Virus record (IMG/VR): IMGVR_UViG_3300008116_000433
Coordinates: 1 to 29,740 of that record
Source: a virus
Lineage: Duplodnaviria; Caudoviricetes
Direction: 5' to 3' (one strand)
DNA: 29,740 nucleotides
A program made the translations under genes and the position numbers. Numbering within the stretch: the first letter of the stretch is position 1; every line of letters starts with the position of its first letter. Of this stretch, positions 22,523 to 29,740 are shown in pieces. The notes under the pieces were generated by a model. That model ran no database searches. It saw nothing but the letters and a program-made list of their open reading frames with translations, and was not told the origin of the DNA.

Positions 22523-23449
22523 ATGACTACATCGGGCACAACGCAATTTGATCTTGAATTTGTCGAGATAGCAGAAGAGGCATTTGAACGCGCAGGGCGC
22601 GAGATGCGCTCTGGCTACGACCTGCGTACTGCCCGCCGTAGCATGAACTTGATGACCATCGAGTGGGTCAATCGTGGCATTAACATGTGGACGATTGAGC
22701 AAGGTACTATCAACCTTACCCCCGGCGTAAACACCTACGCGTTGCCGTACGACACGGTAGACTTGATGGAACACGTTATCCGTACTGGGGCTAACGTCGA
22801 GTCCACCCAAGCCGACTTGAACATCACGCGGATTTCAGTTTCTACTTACGCCACGATCCCAAACAAGTTGCAACAAGCCAGACCTATTCAGGTATGGGTA
22901 CAGCGGCTTTCTGGGCAGAAGTCCCCGTCTGGGACTACATTGGCGTCTACGATTAACGCTACCGTTACTACTATCCCCGTAGGTTCTGTATATAACTTGG
23001 CGTCCGCCGGGTTTGTACAGATTGACAATGAAATTATCTACTACGGGTATTTGAACACCGCTACTCAGTCACTAGAGAACTGTGTGCGGGGGCAAGCTAA
23101 TACTACGGCGGCGTCGCATACCTCCGCCGCTCCTGTGTATGTGCCGAACCCACCGACCATAACGGTCTGGCCTACGCCCGATAACTCTACCCCGTATCAG
23201 TTTGTTTACTGGCGTATGCGCCGTATTGAGGATGCCGGTAGTGGCGTACAAACTGCGGACATGAGCTTTAGGTTCTTGCCCTGTATTACCGCAGGTTTGG
23301 CGTACTACATCGCCATGAAGATACCCGAGGGCGCTGACCGGTTACAGATGCTGAAGACGGCGTACGACGAACAATTTGACTTGGCGGCTGGAGAAGATAG
23401 GGAGAAAGCCACGTCTCGGTTTGTACCTAGAATATTTAGGTCGAGATAA
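22523..23449 (+). CDS. Head-tail adaptor-like virion protein
   Basis: ARRSMNLMTIEWVNRGINMW...VWPTPD...GLAYYIA pattern with an inserted beta domain. Confidence 0.7.
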   Translation: MTTSGTTQFDLEFVEIAEEAFERAGREMRSGYDLRTARRSMNLMTIEWVNRGINMWTIEQGTINLTPGVNTYALPYDTVDLMEHVIRTGANVESTQADLNITRISVSTYATIPNKLQQARPIQVWVQRLSGQKSPSGTTLASTINATVTTIPVGSVYNLASAGFVQIDNEIIYYGYLNTATQSLENCVRGQANTTAASHTSAAPVYVPNPPTITVWPTPDNSTPYQFVYWRMRRIEDAGSGVQTADMSFRFLPCITAGLAYYIAMKIPEGADRLQMLKTAYDEQFDLAAGEDREKATSRFVPRIFRSR

Positions 23450-23856
23450 TGGGTAATAAGTACGCAGCCGGGTATAGGTCTATTGCCGAGTGCGATAGGT
23501 GTGGGTTCCGGTTTAAGCTAAAAGAACTTAGGAAGTTGGTGGTTAAAGGTAATATCATCAACGAGAAGGTTTGCAAAACTTGTTGGGACCCCGACCATCC
23601 GCAGTTAAAATTGGGTCTATACCCAGTGGACGACCCGCAAGCAGTGCGGGAGCCACGCCCAGACCACAGCTATTACTCCTCTGGGAACACCGGGCTACAG
23701 CTACCAACTGCATACGATGCAGGACCCCCGGGCGAAGGTAGTAGGGTGATTCAGTGGGGTTGGGCACCGGTAGGCGGAGCAAGTGCAAACGATGCAGGGT
23801 TAACGCCCAACTACCTGACATCGGCAGGGATAGTGGGCAATGTGACAATCACATAG
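23449..23856 (+). CDS. Zinc-finger-like conserved protein
   Basis: CDRCGF...VCKTCWDPDHPQ...PRPD. Confidence 0.75.
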   Translation: MGNKYAAGYRSIAECDRCGFRFKLKELRKLVVKGNIINEKVCKTCWDPDHPQLKLGLYPVDDPQAVREPRPDHSYYSSGNTGLQLPTAYDAGPPGEGSRVIQWGWAPVGGASANDAGLTPNYLTSAGIVGNVTIT

Positions 23857-23865
23857 GAGTAAGTT

Positions 23866-24024
23866 ATGGATAAGATGAAGCAAGTAGCTAAAGCAGAAGT
23901 TAAAGCTCATGAAAAACGTATGCACAAGATGGCTAAAGGCGGCGTGACGGGCGAGTCCATGCGCAAGTATGGCCGTAATCTGGCTCGTGCTATGAACCAA
24001 AAGTCCACTGGAAGGGGTCGATAA
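23866..24024 (+). CDS. Small basic protein (52 aa)
   Basis: Not in ORF track: MDKMKQVAKAEVKAHEKRMHKMAKGGVTGESMRKYGRNLARAMNQ...; AGGAG SD; TAATG coupling. Confidence 0.7.
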   Translation: MDKMKQVAKAEVKAHEKRMHKMAKGGVTGESMRKYGRNLARAMNQKSTGRGR

Positions 24025-24281
24025 TGGCTAAGTTTTCTAAGAAACTGATGGGTAAAGAGGTAGGTTCTGCTGAGTTTTACGCCGAACCCCACACCATGAT
24101 GCCCCCAAGCGACAAGTCTGATCCGCAAACTAAGAGTGCTAAAGAGCTTGGCCCTCGCACGGGCGTGCAGCGTGTAAGCGCAGGCGACCCCGGGCGTGAC
24201 GACGTGAAGCGGGACGGCATAAAGATGCGTGGTGCTGGCGCTGCGACTAAAGGTTTTATGTGCCGTGGCCCTATGGCGTAA
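24024..24281 (+). CDS. Small basic protein
   Basis: Ends GIKMRGAGAATKGFMCRGPMA. Confidence 0.7.
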   Translation: MAKFSKKLMGKEVGSAEFYAEPHTMMPPSDKSDPQTKSAKELGPRTGVQRVSAGDPGRDDVKRDGIKMRGAGAATKGFMCRGPMA

Positions 24282-24291
24282 GGAGTAAGCT

Positions 24292-24963
24292 GTGAACTAT
24301 GCGGCGTTGGTAGCTGATATTCAGTCTTACACACAGAACTACGAATCAACGTTCGTGGCGAGTATCCCTGTTTTTGTCCAACAGGCTGAAGAACGTATTT
24401 ACAACTCCGTACAAATCCCTGCACTACGTAAGAACGTGATGGGATTAACCTCCGCAAACAATAAGTATCTATCTTGCCCTAATGATTTTTTGGCGTCGTT
24501 TTCTTTGGCTGTAGTAGATGGCGTTGGCGCGTACACATATCTACTAAACAAAGATGTCAATTTCATGCGGGAAGCTTACCCAAACCCGAATGCGGACAAA
24601 GGGTTACCTAAGTACTACGCGCTGTTTGGCCCTACTGTAACCTCTAACGTTATCACTACGGAGTTAAGTTTTATTCTTGGGCCAACACCGGATGCTGCGT
24701 ATGCTGTAGAACTACATTATTACTATTACCCAGAATCGATTGTCACAGCAGGTACTTCATGGCTTGGAGACAACTACGACCCCGTTTTGCTGTACGGCTG
24801 TCTGGTGGAAGCGTACATCTTCATGAAGGGTGAACAGGACATGATGGCGTATTACGAGAAGAAATTCCAAGACGCTATAAGTCAGTTGAACCGTCTGGGC
24901 ACAGGTCTTGAGCGTGGGGATGCGTACCGTGATGGTCAGGCTAAGATTAAGGTGAATCCGTAA
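24292..24963 (+). CDS. Adaptor/tail tubular-like virion protein
   Basis: MNYAALVADIQSY...FVQQAEERI...G.PKYYA...LGPTPD...LLYGCLVEA; GTG start after AAGGAG. Confidence 0.7.
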   Translation: MNYAALVADIQSYTQNYESTFVASIPVFVQQAEERIYNSVQIPALRKNVMGLTSANNKYLSCPNDFLASFSLAVVDGVGAYTYLLNKDVNFMREAYPNPNADKGLPKYYALFGPTVTSNVITTELSFILGPTPDAAYAVELHYYYYPESIVTAGTSWLGDNYDPVLLYGCLVEAYIFMKGEQDMMAYYEKKFQDAISQLNRLGTGLERGDAYRDGQAKIKVNP

Positions 24964-25388
24964 TGGCGATCCAACAAGGACTGACTAACAGCTTTAAACA
25001 GGAGATGCTCCAAGCGGGGCAGAACTTGCTGACGGACACCTTAAAAATGTCTTTGTACACGGGTACAGCGACTATAGGCTCCACTACCACTGCGTATACA
25101 GCAGCGGATGAAGTATCTGGTACGGGGTATACAGCGGGGGGAGTTCAGGTTACTGGAGCTACTTTAGCCACAGATGTAAACACCGGCACGGTGTACATGA
25201 ACTTTAATAACGTGTCTTTCCCCGGGGCAAATTTTGTTGCTCGCGGGGCGTTAATATACAACGTCACCCGTAGCAATAAGTCCGTTTTAGTATTGGATTT
25301 TGGCGCGGATAAAGTTTTTACCTCGATTAATAACACCGTAACAATGCCAGCAAACACGGCAACTACGGCTTTAATTCGTTTCCCTTAA
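24963..25388 (+). CDS. Fibre/minor tail subunit (putative)
   Basis: SFKQEML...LYT...EVSGTGYTAGG...ARGALIYN...VLDFG pattern. Confidence 0.7.
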   Translation: MAIQQGLTNSFKQEMLQAGQNLLTDTLKMSLYTGTATIGSTTTAYTAADEVSGTGYTAGGVQVTGATLATDVNTGTVYMNFNNVSFPGANFVARGALIYNVTRSNKSVLVLDFGADKVFTSINNTVTMPANTATTALIRFP

Positions 25389-25397
25389 GGAGTTAGT

Positions 25398-25970
25398 ATG
25401 CCTACAGCAAAATCAACAATGGGTGAAACTGTCCAAGCTGGCGTAGGCACGACCTCGCAAGAAAAAGAACGTGGCGGTTTTGGTGGTGTTTTTACAGTCA
25501 CTTGTTTTGACAAAGATGGTAATTTTAAGTGGGAAGATACTTTCCACAATCTCGTCGTTAATGAAGGTCTGCAAGACTTAAACAACAAGTATTTTAAAGC
25601 GTCGGGTTACACCGCCGCTTGGTATCTTGGTCTGATCACCGGCCCCGGTTCTGGTACCACGTATGCGGCGGGCGACACGCTTACTACGCATGCCGGATGG
25701 ACTGAAGATACTAACTACACAGGAAACCGTAAATCGGTGACGTTTGGTACCCCGACGCTGGCTGACCCGTCCGTACTTAGCAATTCTGCGTCGCCCGCAG
25801 TGTTTAACATCAACAACACCACAATCGTAGCTGGCGCGTTTTTGTGTACTGTGGCATCTGGTTCATCAGGTGTTCTTTTCTCTGAAGGTGATTTTACTGG
25901 CGGCGATAAGAGTGTGGCCAATGGGGACACGTTGAACGTTACGTACACCTTCTCAGCCGATGCTGTTTAA
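25398..25970 (+). CDS. Fibre/minor tail subunit (putative)
   Basis: NLVVNEG...WYLGL...GAFL...GDTLNVTYTF; Thr/Gly-rich beta protein. Confidence 0.7.
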   Translation: MPTAKSTMGETVQAGVGTTSQEKERGGFGGVFTVTCFDKDGNFKWEDTFHNLVVNEGLQDLNNKYFKASGYTAAWYLGLITGPGSGTTYAAGDTLTTHAGWTEDTNYTGNRKSVTFGTPTLADPSVLSNSASPAVFNINNTTIVAGAFLCTVASGSSGVLFSEGDFTGGDKSVANGDTLNVTYTFSADAV

Positions 25971-25981
25971 CAGGAGATTTT

Positions 25982-26161
25982 ATGGCTACGATTTTTAAAA
26001 AAGGCGATGAGGTAAAACTTATTGTGACTGTACCTCAAGGTGCGGTTATGTCGTTACGTATGGACGACGATGGTAATGTCCAGTATTTAGTGGGTTGGAC
26101 TGACAACGCCGGGGTCGAACACGAGCGTTGGTTTGACGAAGCGCAGTTGGTTTCTGCCTAA
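25982..26161 (+). CDS. Small SH3-like protein (59 aa)
   Basis: Not in ORF track: MATIFKKGDEVKL...QYLVGW...ERWFDEAQLVSA; CAGGAG SD. Confidence 0.7.
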   Translation: MATIFKKGDEVKLIVTVPQGAVMSLRMDDDGNVQYLVGWTDNAGVEHERWFDEAQLVSA

Positions 26162-26178
26162 TTATGCGGGGCTGATTG

Positions 26179-27705
26179 ATGTTTGGCTTCGCGCCGTTTT
26201 CAACAGTCCCGTTCTCTACGCTCCCTGTAACCGGTACTGTATTTGCGGTTTCTATATCAGAAACGGTAAGGTTTTCTGATGCGGAGACGTGCACTCTTAA
26301 TACAAATGCCGTCGTATCAGAAATAGCCAGATTTTCTGATTTCCTTACCAGTAACGCCGACTTTGCGGTTCAAGTCGCGCAGACTGCGCAGTTTGTTGCC
26401 GACTTTACAGGGCAGACTGATTTTGTTGCTACCGTTCTTGAGGCCGCCAATTTCTCTGAACTTGTCTCCGCTGTTGGCGATCTGGCCGCAGACGTCGATG
26501 AAGACGCACAGTTTTTTGCGGTGTTTGATGATACACAAACTGCCGTTGCTTTTACTGTTGAGCAGGTAGACACAAGTGATACTGTATCGGCGGATGCCTC
26601 TTTTGCAGCCGATATTACCGAACAAATTTCCGGGTCTGACAACTTTGTAGTCTTACGTTTTGTTTTCGCCGCCCAAGACGAACACGTCCATATAAGCGAC
26701 ACATTTGTAGGTACGTCCCCATTTTCAGGTCTAATCGCAGAAACTGTGGAAGCCTACGCCTTGGCTTACGGTTCTGGCGTAGTTTTGTCCATTGTAGAAG
26801 ACCGCGTAGAGATGACTTCCACAGAAAACGCCCAGCTTACTGCGGCGGGGGAGCTACTTACCACTATAAATGTGTATGACGCGCAGAGTGTGCAGGCGGC
26901 GTTTGCTGCGTCGTACGATGAGAATGCGGCTGTACAGGATACTCAGTCCGCACAAGCAGATTTTGTCGCCGACGTAGATGAAGATGCCCAGTTCTTGGAC
27001 GTTAATGCTGCTTTTGTCCTTACGCAAGCGCAAGTTGCCGAAGCGCTGACCGCGAGCGACCAGCAAAGTGTTACGGTCGTATTTGTTCGGACGGTAACCG
27101 AATCCGTGCAGGGTTCAGACAGTTTAGTTGCTTCCTTTATAACAAACACTCAGCAAAACGAAAGTGCGTCTTTTAATGACGTTAACTCGGTGCAGGCCAA
27201 TTTTTCTGCGCAAGTACAGCAAATTGTCCAACTGTTGGCGGCCACATCTGGCGGCGCTTCGTACGTTGTTTCTGCGTTTGCTTACGCTCAGTTTAATGAT
27301 GTTGTTCTTGGTCGTTATCTGTGGGAACTTATTATTGATGACCAGACGCCGAACTGGGCGCTGATCAACGACAGCCAGCCCGGAGCGTGGACGGTTGTTG
27401 CAAGTGAAAATGCGCCTAGCTGGCTAAATGCGCAAAGTACGCAGACCCCCAACTGGGCAGTTGTTGCCAATCAGCAAACATCTAGTTGGGGAGACATAAA
27501 CAACCCACAAGCTTCAACATGGCAGTCAACAGCTAATAACCAGACGCCGGTGTGGACTGTTCCAAACAACAACCAACCAAATTCATGGAGTACACTGCCT
27601 GTAGAACAACCTTCTACATGGCAAGTTATTTCTGACACGCAAACCCCATCGTGGGATACTGACGATACATCTCAGCCACAGAGTTGGCAGACTATAGACA
27701 CTTGA
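26179..27705 (+). CDS. Repeat-rich virion protein (18x20-aa plus 12x11-aa Trp repeats)
   Basis: MFGFAPFS..PFS N-terminus; strict periodicities; no Lys. Confidence 0.75.
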   Translation: MFGFAPFSTVPFSTLPVTGTVFAVSISETVRFSDAETCTLNTNAVVSEIARFSDFLTSNADFAVQVAQTAQFVADFTGQTDFVATVLEAANFSELVSAVGDLAADVDEDAQFFAVFDDTQTAVAFTVEQVDTSDTVSADASFAADITEQISGSDNFVVLRFVFAAQDEHVHISDTFVGTSPFSGLIAETVEAYALAYGSGVVLSIVEDRVEMTSTENAQLTAAGELLTTINVYDAQSVQAAFAASYDENAAVQDTQSAQADFVADVDEDAQFLDVNAAFVLTQAQVAEALTASDQQSVTVVFVRTVTESVQGSDSLVASFITNTQQNESASFNDVNSVQANFSAQVQQIVQLLAATSGGASYVVSAFAYAQFNDVVLGRYLWELIIDDQTPNWALINDSQPGAWTVVASENAPSWLNAQSTQTPNWAVVANQQTSSWGDINNPQASTWQSTANNQTPVWTVPNNNQPNSWSTLPVEQPSTWQVISDTQTPSWDTDDTSQPQSWQTIDT

Positions 27706-27714
27706 GGTTAACGC

Positions 27715-29740
27715 ATGGCGCTCATTCTTAGGGACAGGGTTCGAGAAACTTCAACGACGTCGGGGACCGGCAGTTTTACGCTGGGCGGCGCTGTACTCGG
27801 GTTCCGTACGTTTGCGTCTGTCATGGCTGGGTTTGACACGACTTTTTACACCATCACTAACCCCGGTACGAATGAGTGGGAGGTCGGGGTTGGCACGTAC
27901 ATTCCGGCTAACGTGCTTTCTCGAACGCAAGTGTATGCGTCGTCTAATGGCGGGTCGTTGGTCAGCTTTAGTGCGGGGACCAAAGATGTATTTATGACTT
28001 ATGCGGCTGCGCAAGCGGTGACACTTGCATACCTTGCTAGTTTTAGTACCGGTATTGTTAGGATCACAAACGGATTAGGTATAAGCACTCTTGACCCTGC
28101 ATCAGGTATGTTGGCGTGGAACACATCAACAGACAATTTTCTCAGTAGAAGTATTGCTGCTGGGGACGGCATTACTGTTGGTAACGGAAATGGTGTTTCA
28201 GGCAATCCTACCGTTGTCAATACAGGTATCCGCGCTTTAAATCAGCGATCCAACACAGCCAATATTAGTCTGTGGTGGCACCGTACGTATTGGTACACGT
28301 ACGGAGAGTTTTGGGGAGATTCGCCTTGGCTGAACAACACTAACCAAGGCACGTTTTTCTTTAAACAGCTTGGCGGGGGCTTTAACAATACCGACGTCCC
28401 GGATTTGTTTTACTGGGACAAAGACGAGCAGAACAGCGATGGCTCTAATTACGGTATTGGGTATCCTCGTTCTTCTACTGACAGAAACAATTTTCTTCGT
28501 CGTTATTACTGGCAGAACGGTCGGTGGTATCAGCGCGAAATGATTTACATGGGTGAGGCGAACTGGGTTAACAACCCTCGCGCAACTCGCGCCATGTCTG
28601 AGCTTGTGCTCGGGGCTAACTGGTTAGAAGGAGACGACACGCCTGATAAGGGCTACACGTACGCGTATTTGATCCCGTTTCAAGGAAACGCGTCTCAGGT
28701 CCCTACTGGCACCACTGTTACCGGTAACTTTCTTATTAGCGGCACAACTGCTGCGCCGACAATTTTGTCCCAAGCGGTTACTACAACTTCAGAAGTCCGT
28801 ATTCACGTTAACGGACGGCGTTATGTTTTCACTGCGTGGACCGCAGACGGAGCCGTAAGCATTCGACAAACTGGTGGCGGATATGGCGAGTATTTCAACA
28901 CCGTAACGTTTGGCGCTAATACTACGTTCTATTACAACTACTGGTGCGAAGGCGATATTATTGCTCGCACTTTTGTAAAAGTGTTCTTTAGTAGCACGGC
29001 GACTGCTAACTGGTCCTACGCTGCGCAGTCAGGAGACAAAGGCGACACTATTTGGCGAGCCTACATTCAGAACACAAACAGAGGAAACTACAACGGCGGT
29101 TTTTGGCGCGATGTTGATGGGTTCGTATTTACGTCTGCGCGTGTTGAAAGGTTGTGGTCCAGTAAGGCACTGGCTTTGCCGCTGACAACTAATGCGGTGG
29201 CACGTCCGTTTACTATTCAGTGTCGGTTCCGTGTCGACAACATAACAACACTCAACCAAAACGTGTTCTGGATTGCCAACACTGCGGCGGCTGCCAACGG
29301 AATCAAAGTTATGGTGAACGAGGGGTCGGTAGACCGCCGTTTGTCAATCACGCTGGCCACTACGGTGCCTGCGGCTATTATTACCTCCCTGAAGTGCTGG
29401 CAATTTAACGGCAACGGGGAATGGATCATTGTTACTTTTGTGTGGAATCCTCTTGATACCGCATTCCCCGGCCGTCTCTATGTCAATGGGGCCATGATGT
29501 TCAAGACCGCTTCGCAGCCTTTCAGTGCGTCTACGGCATGGTTCAATATAGGAGCAACTGCTGACGGCACTGCCAACGGTTTCGAAGGGCGGGTTGATTA
29601 CTTGCAAGCTGTGCCGGAGTGCTGGGGCGCATACCTTCCACAAGGCACAGCGCTGATTGACGTCGATGCCGGTGATACCGGTTGGGTTAACGCGGGCAAC
29701 AATGGCGGTCAAGACGTTCCGTTTTCTTGCCGAAATAACT
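27715..29740 (+). CDS. Tail fibre / receptor-binding protein with LamG-like domain (partial)
   Basis: Not in ORF track; translated by hand, 675 codons with no stop to the window end. N-terminus MALILRDRVRETSTTSGTGSFTL...WEVGVGTY...FSAGTKDVF; LamG-like FTIQCRF...WIIVTFVW...LYVNG...FEGRVD. Confidence 0.85.
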   Translation, partial: MALILRDRVRETSTTSGTGSFTLGGAVLGFRTFASVMAGFDTTFYTITNPGTNEWEVGVGTYIPANVLSRTQVYASSNGGSLVSFSAGTKDVFMTYAAAQAVTLAYLASFSTGIVRITNGLGISTLDPASGMLAWNTSTDNFLSRSIAAGDGITVGNGNGVSGNPTVVNTGIRALNQRSNTANISLWWHRTYWYTYGEFWGDSPWLNNTNQGTFFFKQLGGGFNNTDVPDLFYWDKDEQNSDGSNYGIGYPRSSTDRNNFLRRYYWQNGRWYQREMIYMGEANWVNNPRATRAMSELVLGANWLEGDDTPDKGYTYAYLIPFQGNASQVPTGTTVTGNFLISGTTAAPTILSQAVTTTSEVRIHVNGRRYVFTAWTADGAVSIRQTGGGYGEYFNTVTFGANTTFYYNYWCEGDIIARTFVKVFFSSTATANWSYAAQSGDKGDTIWRAYIQNTNRGNYNGGFWRDVDGFVFTSARVERLWSSKALALPLTTNAVARPFTIQCRFRVDNITTLNQNVFWIANTAAAANGIKVMVNEGSVDRRLSITLATTVPAAIITSLKCWQFNGNGEWIIVTFVWNPLDTAFPGRLYVNGAMMFKTASQPFSASTAWFNIGATADGTANGFEGRVDYLQAVPECWGAYLPQGTALIDVDAGDTGWVNAGNNGGQDVPFSCRNN

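Noticed and set aside
22357-22551. 64-aa Cys-containing ORF from the track
   Set aside because: The alternative frame 22346-22522 abuts both neighbours exactly and fits the Lys-rich cluster.
27715-29740. Diversity-generating retroelement target in the tail fibre
   Set aside because: No reverse transcriptase or TR/VR pair is visible in this window; the fibre C-terminus lies outside it.

Overview
A ~30 kb segment of a tailed dsDNA phage (Caudoviricetes, resembling uncultured aquatic podovirus-like phages). No host genes, integrase or tRNA were seen. The left arm (1-10.8 kb, - strand) holds ~30 mostly small early/accessory genes, including a VRR-NUC nuclease, a wHTH protein, an M20/M28-type peptidase next to a Cys-rich 506-aa protein, and a NinX-like protein. 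The right arm (11.4 kb onward, + strand) is the morphogenesis operon: TerS, TerL, portal, GroES, scaffold, Mu gpT-like major capsid, small Lys-rich proteins, adaptors and fibre proteins. The best lead is non-coding. A divergent sigma70-like promoter upstream of terS could make a ~70-100 nt minus-strand sRNA (GNRA hairpin, single-stranded seed, tandem terminators). Its seed CAUUUGCUUCUCCUUC is complementary to an extended RBS/start motif (AAGGAGAAGCAAAUG) shared by ~8-10 left-arm genes and absent from late genes, suggesting an sRNA early-to-late translational switch. Other signals: seven GGGGTA-N4/5-TACCCC palindromes, an origin-like inverted-repeat region, a second structured RNA, a pseudoknotted RNA after the capsid gene, and a lysine-free 18x20 + 12x11 repeat protein. 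All family calls come from reading motifs; no database searches were run.
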